Of a DNA stretch of 64,000 bases, positions 1-9,705 are shown piece after piece (positions within the stretch are counted from its first letter, which is position 1; every line of letters begins with the position of its first letter). The notes under the pieces are model-generated. The model had not been told where the DNA came from. It did no database searches and saw only the letters and a list, made by a program, of their open reading frames with translations. Position numbers and translations under genes: made by a program. Source of the DNA: an uncultured bacterium. GTDB taxonomy: Bacteria > Omnitrophota > Omnitrophia > Omnitrophales > Aquincolibacteriaceae. Location: contig CAYLPP010000011.1 in NCBI GenBank assembly GCA_964385615.1, forward strand, positions 19,508-83,507, given 5' to 3'.

Positions 1-207
1 TAACACGAAACACATCGCCCGTTTCACCAGCTAAATCAAAAAGCAATCCGTCGTCACCTTGCGATCCGACTATAACACGAAGTCTGACTCCGACATTTCT
101 AACTTCATCGAAATTTAATTCACTATTAAATCTCTCGCACGCTGCCCTTAACAGGCTGGCGTGGCTTCTTAAGTCTTCTAACCTTTGGTCAAAATCTTTA
201 TTCATTT
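1..207 (-). CDS. Hypothetical protein, C-terminally truncated by the window edge (N-terminal 69 aa visible: MNKDFDQRLEDLRSHASLLRAACERF...)
   Basis: Read by hand from the reverse complement of nt 1-207; ATG at 207-205, ORF runs off the window start. Not in the ORF track because it is truncated. No recognisable family. Confidence 0.3.
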
Positions 208-352
208 TTTAGTTTTCTTACTGGACGGGCAAAAGGTTGTTTTAAGGCAACTCTCGCAGGCGTTTTGGGAGTCCAAAACGCCGAGAGTGTAGACGGACGT
301 TCCGAGAGGAACGGACCGACGGTGCCGGAAACAACTTTTGACCGTCCGAGCA

Positions 353-1198
353 TCAGAATTTTTTTAAAGCGGCTTCCAGAAGCTTGTCGAGCTTGGGGCC
401 GGCTTCGTTCGCGGTTTTGATGATTTCCTTGATGTCGCAGGGTTCCAGATGATCCGGGTCGCAAAGATCGGTGGCGATGCTCAGGCCCAGCACTTCCATG
501 CCCATGTGCACGGCCGTAATCACTTCAGGCACGGTCGACATGCCGACCAGGTCCGCTCCCCATCCGCGAAGCATGCGGTACTCGGCGCGGGTTTCGAGGT
601 TGGGGCCTGAAACGCCCACGTAAACGCCCTGGCGCACCGGCTGTTTGATTTCGCGCGCGGTGTCATCCACGATTTTGGCGAGGCGCGCGGAGTAAGGCGC
701 GCACATGTCCGGAAAACGGGGGCCAATGCGCTCGTCGTTGGGACCGATCAAAGGATTCACGCCCATGAAATTGATGTGGTCTTCAATGATCACGATTTCG
801 CCCTTGCGGTAGTTCAGGTTCATGGCGCCGGCGGCATTGGAGACCACCAGGATTTTCGCGCCCAGTTCTTTCATGACGCGCACGGGAAACACGACATCCT
901 GAATGTCGTAGCCTTCATAGAAATGAAAACGGCCTTCCATCACGACAACTTTCTTGCCGGAGAGTTCGCCGAAAAGCAGGTTGCCGGCGTGCGACTGCAC
1001 GGTGGAAACCGGAAAATTGGGAATGTCTTTATATGGAAGCTCGCAGTCTTTCTTGATCTTCGAGGCCAGGTTGCCCAGGCCGGTGCCCAGAATAATGGCG
1101 ACTTCGGGCTGAAGCTCGGTGTGTTTGCGGATATAAGAAACGGCTTCGCGGAGTTTTTCGAGTAAATCGGATTTTTGCTGAAAGCGGGTCATAGGCAT
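353..1198 (-). CDS. punA: Purine nucleoside phosphorylase, trimeric PNP-I / PunA type
   Basis: 281-aa ORF. Near-colinear match to my memory of B. subtilis PunA (ILGTGLG...DIPNFPVSTV..HAG.L..G.L.G..V..M.GRFHFYEGY....V.FPVRVMK.LG...L.V.NAAG..N.....G....I.DHINFMG.NPLIGPN......RFPDM...Y......GV..PEVI.A.H.GM.VLG). Confidence 0.85.
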   Translation of the reverse strand: MPMTRFQQKSDLLEKLREAVSYIRKHTELQPEVAIILGTGLGNLASKIKKDCELPYKDIPNFPVSTVQSHAGNLLFGELSGKKVVVMEGRFHFYEGYDIQDVVFPVRVMKELGAKILVVSNAAGAMNLNYRKGEIVIIEDHINFMGVNPLIGPNDERIGPRFPDMCAPYSARLAKIVDDTAREIKQPVRQGVYVGVSGPNLETRAEYRMLRGWGADLVGMSTVPEVITAVHMGMEVLGLSIATDLCDPDHLEPCDIKEIIKTANEAGPKLDKLLEAALKKF

Positions 1199-1503
1199 CA
1201 GGTTCCGGCTCCAAATTGAAGGGCGAGAGTGACCAGGATGCGGACCACCACGCGGTTAACAAAGAAAAGAAGCATGAAAGCAAGAAGCGGGGTCAGGTCG
1301 AGCATGCCGATCTGAAGCGGAACACGGCGCAGGGGCATGAGGATCGGGTCGGTGATCTGGTGAATAAACTGCACGACCGGATGATACGGCTCGACCGGGA
1401 ACCAGGAAATAATAATGCGGGCGACCAGAATCCAGTAAAGGATCTGGCAGATGGCATTGACCAAAAAAGCCAGACTGCTGAACATTTCTCCGATAATAAA
1501 CAT
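1198..1503 (-). CDS. YggT-family small integral membrane protein
   Basis: 101-aa hydrophobic ORF sitting in the canonical proC-yggS-yggT arrangement. Start overlaps the punA start region, indicating operon coupling. Confidence 0.55.
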   Translation of the reverse strand: MFIIGEMFSSLAFLVNAICQILYWILVARIIISWFPVEPYHPVVQFIHQITDPILMPLRRVPLQIGMLDLTPLLAFMLLFFVNRVVVRILVTLALQFGAGT

Positions 1504-1506
1504 GAT

Positions 1507-2310
1507 TTATCCTTTCGCTAATTCCTGACCGCGCTTGGTTGCAGCCTCAACCGCCTGACTGACAATGTCGGCCATCTTAAATTGCTCAAAAACTTTTAAA
1601 GCGGCTTCCGTCGTACCGCCCTTGGAAGTCACGCGCTTGCGAAGCTCTTCGGGCGAAACATCGGAGGCCGAAGCCAGAAGCCCGGCGCCCGCCGCTGTCT
1701 GCACCGCCAGAAGCCTTGCCTGCTCTTCAGTCAGGCCCTGCGCTTTGGCGGCTTTTTCCAGGAGTTCCATCAGAAGAAAAAAGTAGGCCGGACCACTGCC
1801 GGAAACCGCGGTGACCAGATCAAAGTGCTTTTCTTCGAGGCGGGTTATTTTACCGCATCCTGAAAAAATTTTCTCCGCAAAAGAAAAGGCCCTCTCTGAG
1901 GAGGCTGTCAGCGCCGTCACGGAAGCCCCCACCGTGGCCCCCAGGTTCGGCATGGCCCGGACCAGCTCCGCTTCTGGGAAAAGCGCGCGGAATTTCTCAA
2001 GCCGTGTGCCGGCCAGAATCGAAATTAAAACGTGCTGTCGGGTCACGCCCGGTTTCATTTCAGAAGCCGTGGAGGGCAGGTCCTGCGGTTTAACGGCGAT
2101 CAAAACGGCCGTGCTTTTGCGCGTTAAGTCTTCGTTGGAAGAAGCCAGCTGGGTTTTCCACTTGGCGCTGAACTCTTTGGCCTTGTCGGTCAGTTTGTCG
2201 AACACCACGACCTGCGAAGGCTGAATCAGCTGTTTCTTGAAAAGGCCTTCGACAATGGCCGTGCCCATGTTGCCCACGCCGATCAAACCGAGTGTTTCCT
2301 GAATTTTCAT
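1507..2310 (-). CDS. proC: Pyrroline-5-carboxylate reductase
   Basis: 267 aa. N-terminal Rossmann motif LIGVGNMGTAI and a P5CR-like C-terminal dimerisation region. Adjacent to yggS as in many bacteria. Confidence 0.85.
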   Translation of the reverse strand: MKIQETLGLIGVGNMGTAIVEGLFKKQLIQPSQVVVFDKLTDKAKEFSAKWKTQLASSNEDLTRKSTAVLIAVKPQDLPSTASEMKPGVTRQHVLISILAGTRLEKFRALFPEAELVRAMPNLGATVGASVTALTASSERAFSFAEKIFSGCGKITRLEEKHFDLVTAVSGSGPAYFFLLMELLEKAAKAQGLTEEQARLLAVQTAAGAGLLASASDVSPEELRKRVTSKGGTTEAALKVFEQFKMADIVSQAVEAATKRGQELAKG

Positions 2311-2311
2311 A

Positions 2312-3019
2312 TCATTCCCCTTTTGCCGGCCTGGGGCCGAAAACGGCCGAGCCGATTCTCAAAAGCGTTGCGCCTTCTTCAATCGCGATTTCGTAATCAC
2401 CGGACATTCCCATCGAAAGAATGCTCCAGTCGTAGCCTGAAAATTTCTGCTGAAGCTCATCCCGCAAATTTCTGACCGCGCGAAATGAAGCGCGGATTTT
2501 TTCCTGATCTTCCGTCAGCGGGCCGATCGTCATGAGCCCGCGGATGCGGATACGGCTTTTTTTCATGAGCGGGATCAAGTCAGCGACCCCGTCCAGCTCA
2601 AACCCGTGTTTGGTTTCTTCGCCCGAACTGTTGACCTGAATCAAACAGTCCACATAGCGGATGCCTCTGGCCGAGGCCTGCCGGTCGATTTCAACAGCCA
2701 AGTCGACGCTGTCCAGAGAATGAATCAGCGAAACTTCTCCGATGACCTGTTTGACCTTGTTGGTCTGCAGGTGGCCGATCATGTGCCATTGAATCGGCAG
2801 TTTGGCCAGAACCGGATCGCTTTTCTTGCTTAAAAGGTTCTGCACCCGGTTCTCGCCGAAAGCGCGCACTCCGGCGCGAAAAGCCTCCGCGACACGCTCC
2901 GGCTCCACCGTCTTGCTGACCGCGAGAAAAGAAATCTCGTCCGGACTGCGCCCGGCTTTTAAAGCGGCCAGACGAATGCCTTCACGAATTTGATCGAGCC
3001 GGACAGCAATATCGTTCAT
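2312..3019 (-). CDS. yggS: YggS-family pyridoxal-phosphate homeostasis protein (alanine-racemase-fold, single domain)
   Basis: 235 aa with the expected size and composition. Conserved position upstream of proC and yggT. Confidence 0.8.
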   Translation of the reverse strand: MNDIAVRLDQIREGIRLAALKAGRSPDEISFLAVSKTVEPERVAEAFRAGVRAFGENRVQNLLSKKSDPVLAKLPIQWHMIGHLQTNKVKQVIGEVSLIHSLDSVDLAVEIDRQASARGIRYVDCLIQVNSSGEETKHGFELDGVADLIPLMKKSRIRIRGLMTIGPLTEDQEKIRASFRAVRNLRDELQQKFSGYDWSILSMGMSGDYEIAIEEGATLLRIGSAVFGPRPAKGE

Positions 3020-4026
3020 GCGGTTTTTTGAGCTTCGGCTTCCGCTGCCGGCGGCTGTTCGGACTGATTTTCCAAAGCCATCGTTTCAAAAATCTGAAAG
3101 AGCTTGCGCACATTCTGGCGCGCGATCAGGAAATAAGCTTTGTCGCTGGCATTGTAAGCGATAAAAGAATCGCGCGTGGGCTCTTCTTCCCCAATCTTGA
3201 TTTCTTCAACTGTTTTGCCTTTATCCGTGCCCCACAGTCTGATCCACGGGCTGGTCAGGGTGAAACCTAGTTCAGCTTCGGGGCGCTTTTCATTATCGAG
3301 AAATTCCTTCACGTAAAGGTCGGCGTATTGGCTAACCAGCTGATCGACATATTTCTTTTCCAGCTGTTTGCCCAGCAGGTCGATAGGCTCAAGCCAGTAC
3401 CAGGTGTCTTCTTTTTTCTCGACTTCGTACTCCTTATCGAGCGTGCGGATGCGCATTTTGGTCACCTGGTTTAGAGGCGTGCGGAAAACCTGCTTTAACC
3501 GCAGGGAATAAAGGGAACGGGAAAAAGCTTTTTTAAAATCTTCAGAGATCAAAAAGTATTCAGACTCGCCTTCCCACCGCGCGTAATAATAAGTACCCAC
3601 GGGCGAATGATCGCCGATGCAAAGATAACGGCGGTGCCCCGGCTCGGTTTCCACGCCGATTTTCAAAGACGGCTTGAGAAGCCCGTACTCTTCCCAGATT
3701 TTTTCAGGCTTCATACGCTGGGAGCGGTTGGAAACCCGAAGGGCCGTGGCCAGGCCGTCAACCATGAATGTATCCGCGGGAGATTCCACCGGAAAGCGGA
3801 GCATCCAGGTCTCGCCTTTTTTTTCAAGCGTCAGAATCTGATTATTTTCCATGTTCTGAATCTGAAGCCAGCGCACCGGGGCTTTTTCATCCGCCGGCAT
3901 GATTTTTTCCATCACGGGCGCTTTGGGCTCGGAAATATTTTTGAGCGGTTGAGGCTCCCAGAGAAAGTAAGCCGCCATGACTGCCGCGAAAAGGGCCAGA
4001 ACGGAAAAAGTAACCGACGTTTTCAT
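3016..4026 (-). CDS. DUF4340-like periplasmic protein associated with GldG-type ABC transporters
   Basis: 336 aa with an N-terminal signal/anchor (SVLALFAAVMAAYF). Overlaps the upstream GldG-like gene by 4 nt. This gene order (ATPase-permease-GldG-DUF4340) is a known conserved module. Confidence 0.45.
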   Translation of the reverse strand: MKTSVTFSVLALFAAVMAAYFLWEPQPLKNISEPKAPVMEKIMPADEKAPVRWLQIQNMENNQILTLEKKGETWMLRFPVESPADTFMVDGLATALRVSNRSQRMKPEKIWEEYGLLKPSLKIGVETEPGHRRYLCIGDHSPVGTYYYARWEGESEYFLISEDFKKAFSRSLYSLRLKQVFRTPLNQVTKMRIRTLDKEYEVEKKEDTWYWLEPIDLLGKQLEKKYVDQLVSQYADLYVKEFLDNEKRPEAELGFTLTSPWIRLWGTDKGKTVEEIKIGEEEPTRDSFIAYNASDKAYFLIARQNVRKLFQIFETMALENQSEQPPAAEAEAQKTA

Positions 4027-5375
4027 ACGGTTTTTTTACGGTAAAAAATAATCACAAGGCCGGAAATTAAAAACACGCCGGGAATGATGCCCAGAATCCC
4101 GAACAGCATTTTGGAGCGCTGGGGCGTGGTCAGGAAAAGCGGTTTAAACTCGAGCTGGCGCGGAGGCAGTGTCACGAAACGGTCGTCTTTGACCAGCCAG
4201 CGGATCATACTTTCAGCCAGATTGAGGTTACCGGAAAGCTGAAGATAAGCGTCGGTCACAAAATCACTGTCGCCGACCACAATCATTCTCCCGCCTTTCT
4301 CCCCTTCTTGCTGAGCGGCTACGGCCATGCAGATGGGGCCCGCGATATCGGTCGCCGCGTCAAAAACCGCCTGGCCTTTTTCAAGGTCGGCCAGATTATT
4401 TTCCGCCCAACTGCCGGAACCCGAAAGCGCCAGAGGTATGACTTCAATGCCGGGAGCGCTATCCACGGAAGGCTGAACACTGCGGGACACCGGAAAGAAC
4501 GTGGTTTGGTTGAAACCGTTAGTCACGGGGTGATCGGTCACATACTGCGCCACCATCGGCACCAGGAAATCACCGCCGACCACACGGCTCATTTTATCCA
4601 CCACAACGTTATCGCCCAGATCAATGCTGAAAACCTTCATGAAGTCTTTGAAACTTTTACCGGTTCCCGGGTCCATCGGGTCGATTAAAAAAAGAATTCC
4701 CGTGCCGGTATTAAAACTCGCTTTGAGAAGATTGAGTTCTTCAGGCGCGAATTCCTGATGCGGGCCCGGAATAACCACCGCGTCGCAAAAGGGCGGGATT
4801 TTGTCGCGCGACAGGATAATTTCCTGAAGCTGATAATTTGAATTCAGAAGGTTCTGGCGCAGCTGTGAAAGGCTGTTGCGGTCCACGCCGTTGAGCAGGG
4901 CTTCACCGTGAGTCGTTGAAAAGCAGACGGAATACCGCTGGGGGTTGACCAATCGCATCAGCGCGTTGGTGAAGGTTTCTTCATTGGGCTCAGTCACCCT
5001 TTCGGTACGGCCCTGATACTGCACCACCACGGTGTAGAAGCGGTCGACGTGAAACCGTTTGGCCATGGAGGGCACGCGGTCGGGATCATAGAAAGTATAT
5101 TTAAAATCCGGATGATGCTGACGGCACTCTTTCAGGAAAACTTCGAAATTTTCACGCGCCGGATCGTCGTGGGGATAAAAAGCGAAAACTTCAATCTTCT
5201 CGCTTTTAAGTTTTTCAAGAAGACCGATGGTCTGCGCGGTCAGGGAATAAATTTTATCTTTGGTGAAATCCCAGCGTTTGTTGAAACGGCCGACCAGAAT
5301 CATGCCCAGCGCGAGCGTCACAAAGAGCACGATCGAAACCAGAATCAGCTGAAATCTCATGAAGAAATGTTTCAT
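4023..5375 (-). CDS. GldG-like ABC-transporter-associated protein (ABC-type uncharacterised transport system, auxiliary component)
   Basis: 450 aa with an N-terminal TM and a C-terminal TM (ILGIIPGVFLISGLVIIF). Located between the ABC-2 permease and the DUF4340 gene. Confidence 0.6.
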   Translation of the reverse strand: MKHFFMRFQLILVSIVLFVTLALGMILVGRFNKRWDFTKDKIYSLTAQTIGLLEKLKSEKIEVFAFYPHDDPARENFEVFLKECRQHHPDFKYTFYDPDRVPSMAKRFHVDRFYTVVVQYQGRTERVTEPNEETFTNALMRLVNPQRYSVCFSTTHGEALLNGVDRNSLSQLRQNLLNSNYQLQEIILSRDKIPPFCDAVVIPGPHQEFAPEELNLLKASFNTGTGILFLIDPMDPGTGKSFKDFMKVFSIDLGDNVVVDKMSRVVGGDFLVPMVAQYVTDHPVTNGFNQTTFFPVSRSVQPSVDSAPGIEVIPLALSGSGSWAENNLADLEKGQAVFDAATDIAGPICMAVAAQQEGEKGGRMIVVGDSDFVTDAYLQLSGNLNLAESMIRWLVKDDRFVTLPPRQLEFKPLFLTTPQRSKMLFGILGIIPGVFLISGLVIIFYRKKTV

Positions 5376-5378
5376 CGC

Positions 5379-6155
5379 CTACCCCTTCCAGTTCCGGGTT
5401 TCAATGGAACGGATGGTCAGAAACAGGAAATAAATATGAAAGAAAAGAAAATAAGCGATATTGCGCAGGTCCAGAACGCCGACCGTAAACTCGCGGAAAT
5501 GCGCCAAGGGTGAAATCGCGGCCAGGATTTTGGCGAACATTCCATCAGAGACGCCTACCGCCCAGTCCAGCACCCAGAAAAGAAGCAGGAGGCTAAAAGT
5601 GATAATCGCGCTGACAATCGGACTTTCGGAAATAGAAGAAACAAAAAGACCGAGTGAGAGATACGCCATGCCCAGCATCCAGAAGCCGACATACCCGCAG
5701 GCCAGCGGGCCCCAGTCCAATTCCCCGCCGATGCTGTGGACGAAAAAGGCGTAGAGAAGCGTGGGCAGAGTCAGCATTTCAAAAAACCAGACCAGCCCCA
5801 GAAATTTCCCCCAGACAATGTCAAAGTCGGAAAGCGGATAAGTGAAAAGAAGTTCGAGCGTTTCCTGACGGCGCTCTTCGGCGAACGCGCGCATGGTCAG
5901 AAGCGGAACAATAAAGACCAGCACGACCGCGGTATTAATAAAAAAAGAACCGAACACGAAGCGGGTCAGGCCCAAACCTTCGACCCCCTGGAAGGCTTGC
6001 TTGGCGGCGTCGAGAGAAATTTTGGCGTAACTGAGCACGAGCAGGGAGAAAAACATCCCGGCCGTCAGCAGAAAGAAAAAGAAAAGCAGAACGCCGGTCC
6101 AGGAATGAAAATAAGAGAGAAAATCTTTCCGGGCCAGCGCGAAAGCGTTTTTCAT
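5379..6155 (-). CDS. ABC-2 family transporter permease (GldF-like)
   Basis: 258 aa, about six predicted TM helices. Overlaps the ATPase gene by 4 nt. Confidence 0.6.
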   Translation of the reverse strand: MKNAFALARKDFLSYFHSWTGVLLFFFFLLTAGMFFSLLVLSYAKISLDAAKQAFQGVEGLGLTRFVFGSFFINTAVVLVFIVPLLTMRAFAEERRQETLELLFTYPLSDFDIVWGKFLGLVWFFEMLTLPTLLYAFFVHSIGGELDWGPLACGYVGFWMLGMAYLSLGLFVSSISESPIVSAIITFSLLLLFWVLDWAVGVSDGMFAKILAAISPLAHFREFTVGVLDLRNIAYFLFFHIYFLFLTIRSIETRNWKG

Positions 6156-7150
6156 GATCCGGTTCCTTCCGCGAGCCCGCCGCTCATCTGTTCGTTCACC
6201 ACGATTTTCATAAAAATCTCTTCAAGACTCAAACGGCCGGAGCGGATTTCCAGCAAAGGAATCTGATGCTCCACAAAAAGGCGCGTGATCGCGGGCCGGA
6301 GATCTTCTCCCTGACCCATCGTGAGACAGAAAGAAACCTGCGTGCCTTCTTCCTCAAAGCTAACGTGCTGAACCGCGCTGAAAGACCGTAAAATACTCAA
6401 CGCTTCATCGCTGCGCTGACGGTCGCCGATGACCACGTGAATTTCATGCGCTTTGGTCAGACCAGCTTCAAGTTCGCCGGTTGTACCGCTGGCCACCACT
6501 TTACCGTGATTCATAATCATCACGCGGTCGCAGACCATGCTGACTTCCGGCAGAATATGCGTGGAAAGAATCAGACTGCGTTCACGGCCGAGCTCACGGA
6601 TCAGCTTGCGGATTTCAATAATCTGTTTGGGGTCGAGACCGTTCGTAGGTTCGTCCAGAATCAGAATGTCGGGGTCACCGACCAGCGCCTGCGCCAGTCC
6701 CACTCGCTGTTTATAACCCTTGGAGAGACGGCCAATCAGGCGTTTGCGCATTTCCCAAAGCCCACAGCGCTCCATGATGTGTTCCAGATGTTTGCGCCGT
6801 TCACGGCTGGGAACACCTTTGAGGCTGGCGGCGAAATTCAAAAATTCTTCGGCGCGCATATCGGGATAAAGGCTGACCGACTCCGGCAGGTAGCCGATTT
6901 TCTTTTTGGCTTTCCGGGGATCTTTGAAAAGGTCGGAACCGCCCACGAAAACCCGGCCTTCGGAAGGCGGGAAAAAACCGGTCAGGATCCGCATGGTCGT
7001 GGTTTTGCCCGCGCCGTTAGGGCCGAGAAACCCGAGCACTTCGCCCTGCCTTAACTCAAATGAAACCTGATCAATCGCGCGGAATTTCCCGAAATCCTTA
7101 CACAAATTTTCAACCCGGACTTTCACGGGAGAAATGGGTTTATCCGCCAT
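6152..7150 (-). CDS. ABC transporter ATP-binding protein (GldA-like)
   Basis: Walker A GPNGAGKTTT, ABC signature LSKGYKQRVGLA, Walker B ILILDEP. I placed the start at MADKPISP (7150) rather than the ORF-track Met at 7255, because the latter would overlap tyrS by >100 nt. Confidence 0.8.
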   Translation of the reverse strand: MADKPISPVKVRVENLCKDFGKFRAIDQVSFELRQGEVLGFLGPNGAGKTTTMRILTGFFPPSEGRVFVGGSDLFKDPRKAKKKIGYLPESVSLYPDMRAEEFLNFAASLKGVPSRERRKHLEHIMERCGLWEMRKRLIGRLSKGYKQRVGLAQALVGDPDILILDEPTNGLDPKQIIEIRKLIRELGRERSLILSTHILPEVSMVCDRVMIMNHGKVVASGTTGELEAGLTKAHEIHVVIGDRQRSDEALSILRSFSAVQHVSFEEEGTQVSFCLTMGQGEDLRPAITRLFVEHQIPLLEIRSGRLSLEEIFMKIVVNEQMSGGLAEGTGS

Positions 7151-8345
7151 GTTTAACCTTCGCGAATTTTCTTTTACCGCACTGCACCAGCACTTCAGCG
7201 GTGATATCCACGTTGAGAGCAAGATCGGAAATTTTTTCCTGATTAATCCGCACACCGCCCTGCTCGATCAGGCGCTTGGCTTCACTTTTGGAGGGCGCCA
7301 GGCCGGCATCCACCAGCAGGGCCGTAATCCCGTAACTTTTCTGAGGAAGCTTCACGGTTTCAATTTCATCAGGCAAGCCTTTTTCCTTGAACATACGGTC
7401 GAATTCCGAGCGCGCGAGCTTGGCGTTTTCAGTACCCTGAAAAAACCCGGCGATTTTCTCCGCCAGATCGGCCTTGCCGTTACGGGGATCCTGTTTAAAT
7501 TTTTCAAGAAACGCGGAAAGCTCCTGCTCGCTCATTCCACTGGCATATTGAGCGAAAGACGGCGCGAGTTTATCGGGAATCGACATCAGCTTACCGAAAA
7601 TATCACGGGCTTCATCATTGATCGCGATCGCGTTACCAAGACTCTTGCTCATTTTCTTGACGCCGTCGGTACCTTCAATAATCGGAAGGGTCATAATCAT
7701 CTGCGGTTTCTTGCCCCAGATTTTCTGCAATTCACGGCCGACCAGCAGATTGAATTTCTGGTCGGTTCCGCCCAGCTCCAGATCGGAATCAATCACAACC
7801 GAATCATAGCCCTGAAGAAGCGGGTACAAAAACTCAATCAGCGCGATAGGCTGATTGGATTTATAGCGTTTGCTGAAATCGTCACGCTCAAGCAGACGAG
7901 CGACCGTGTATTGCGAAGTCAGGTGAAGAAAATCGGCCGGCGACATTTTGGCCAGCCATTCGGAGTTGTAACGGACTTCGGTCTTGGATTTATCGAGAAT
8001 TTTGAAAACCTGCTCCTGATAGGTTAGCGCGTTCTGCTTGATCTGCTCTTCAGAAAGCATGGGCCGGGTTTCACTGCGGTGCGAAGGGTCGCCGATACGG
8101 GCTGTGAAATCGCCGATGATAAAAACCACGAGGTGCCCGCAATCCTGAAATTGCCTGAGCTTGCGAAGCGGAACAGTATGACCCAGATGAAGGTCGGGGC
8201 TTGAAGGATCGGCTCCGTATTTAACGCGAAGGGGTTTTTTCTTTTCAAAAGAAGCCGATAGCCGGGTCTTGAGCTCCTCCGGCGCGACCATATCGACCGC
8301 GCCCTGGGTCAAAATCTTAAACTGGCTTTCCGGAGACTGAAACAA
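7140..8345 (-). CDS. tyrS: Tyrosine--tRNA ligase
   Basis: 401 aa with class-I HIGH-type motif (PDLHLGHTVPL), KMSKS motif (KMSKSLGN) and a C-terminal S4-like domain. Confidence 0.9.
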   Translation of the reverse strand: MFQSPESQFKILTQGAVDMVAPEELKTRLSASFEKKKPLRVKYGADPSSPDLHLGHTVPLRKLRQFQDCGHLVVFIIGDFTARIGDPSHRSETRPMLSEEQIKQNALTYQEQVFKILDKSKTEVRYNSEWLAKMSPADFLHLTSQYTVARLLERDDFSKRYKSNQPIALIEFLYPLLQGYDSVVIDSDLELGGTDQKFNLLVGRELQKIWGKKPQMIMTLPIIEGTDGVKKMSKSLGNAIAINDEARDIFGKLMSIPDKLAPSFAQYASGMSEQELSAFLEKFKQDPRNGKADLAEKIAGFFQGTENAKLARSEFDRMFKEKGLPDEIETVKLPQKSYGITALLVDAGLAPSKSEAKRLIEQGGVRINQEKISDLALNVDITAEVLVQCGKRKFAKVKHGG

Positions 8346-8444
8346 GTGCTATCCCTCTTTTTTACAAATAGTTGGAGCATTTTATCAGGCTTTCCCCCCC
8401 TGGGCAAGAAGGGTCTCGAGCCCCCTCATGCTATAATCCGCGCC

Positions 8445-9704
8445 ATGCAAATTAAAACAACTCCCCCCTCCGCGGTCACTTACCGGGAAGCTTTTTGGGT
8501 TTGGGTCCGGATCGCTTTGCTGAGTTTCGGCGGACCGGCCGGCCAAATCGCCGTCATGCATAAAATCCTGGTGGAAGAAAAAAAGTGGATTAATGAAAAC
8601 CGCTTTTTACACGCCCTCAATTACTGTATGTTTCTGCCCGGCCCGGAAGCTCAACAGCTGGCCACTTACATCGGCTGGGTACTTCACGGCACTCGCGGAG
8701 GCCTGACTGCCGGATTGCTTTTTATCCTTCCGGGTTTTATCTCCATTCTTATTTTGAGCGTCATTTTTGCTTTGTTTCATGAATTGCCCGCGATCGGCAC
8801 TGCTTTTTTTGTCCTTAAGGCGGCGGTACTGGCCCTGGTCATCGAAGCTATTTTGCGGATCGGGAAAAAAGCTTTAAAAAACGAGGTCATGCTGATTCTG
8901 GCCGTACTGGCTTTTTCCGCCCTTTTCTTTTTAAACGCTCCATTCCCCGCGGTCATCGCGTGCGCCGCGCTGACAGGCTATCTCGGCGGTAAAATTCTTC
9001 CGGAAAAATTTCATGTCATTAAACCTCGCGCGGTCGCGGATGAACCCGATCTTCCGGTTCACACAAAACCTTCATGGAGCCGTTCGTTTAAAGTGATTCT
9101 GATTTGGGGCGTGATCTGGTTCGCGCCGTTGGCCGGGCTCGCGTTAGGCTTGGGCCCGAATCACGTACTGGTTCAGGAAGCCTTGTTTTTCAGTAAGGCG
9201 GCGGTCGTGACTTTCGGCGGCGCTTATTCCGTGCTGGCTTATATCGCCCAACAGGCAGTCCACACGTTTCATTGGCTGAACGCGGGAGAAATGCTGACCG
9301 GCCTGGGCATGGCGGAAACCACGCCAGGGCCTCTGATTCAAGTGGTGCAATTCGTCGGTTTCATGGGTGCCTACCGCAATCCGGCGCCTTTCTCACCGCT
9401 GACATCCGCGGTACTGGGATCAATCGTGACAACCTGGATGACTTTCGCGCCCTGTTTTCTTTGGATTTTTCTGGGCGCTCCGCTGATTGAACATTTGCGC
9501 GAGAACAAGTCTGTCAGTACGGCCCTTTCGGGAATCACGGCCGCGGTCGTGGGTGTGATCGCCAACCTCGCGCTCTGGTTTTCCATGAATGTTTTATTCA
9601 CCCGCCCAGGCGATATCCGCTCGTTCAACCTGCCGGCTTTCCTGATCGCGGGCGGAACCCTGGCTGTCATGCATGTCATTGGCAGAAAAAAGAAAGTCGT
9701 GTAG
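8445..9704 (+). CDS. chrA: Chromate transporter, ChrA family
   Basis: Duplicated CHR domains and about 12 TM helices; LLSFGGPAGQIAVMH is a typical ChrA N-terminal motif. Start chosen at MQIKTT (8445); the ORF-track start at 8346 would abut the tyrS start. Confidence 0.7.
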   Translation: MQIKTTPPSAVTYREAFWVWVRIALLSFGGPAGQIAVMHKILVEEKKWINENRFLHALNYCMFLPGPEAQQLATYIGWVLHGTRGGLTAGLLFILPGFISILILSVIFALFHELPAIGTAFFVLKAAVLALVIEAILRIGKKALKNEVMLILAVLAFSALFFLNAPFPAVIACAALTGYLGGKILPEKFHVIKPRAVADEPDLPVHTKPSWSRSFKVILIWGVIWFAPLAGLALGLGPNHVLVQEALFFSKAAVVTFGGAYSVLAYIAQQAVHTFHWLNAGEMLTGLGMAETTPGPLIQVVQFVGFMGAYRNPAPFSPLTSAVLGSIVTTWMTFAPCFLWIFLGAPLIEHLRENKSVSTALSGITAAVVGVIANLALWFSMNVLFTRPGDIRSFNLPAFLIAGGTLAVMHVIGRKKKVV

Positions 9705-9705
9705 A

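Noticed and set aside
7134-8027. 297-aa ORF on the plus strand
   Set aside because: It is antisense to tyrS, which carries the HIGH and KMSKS motifs.
8425-8445. TATAAT hexamer 8 nt upstream of the chosen chrA ATG (possible leaderless promoter)
   Set aside because: It is a single hexamer with no evaluated -35 element. This is too weak to annotate as a promoter.
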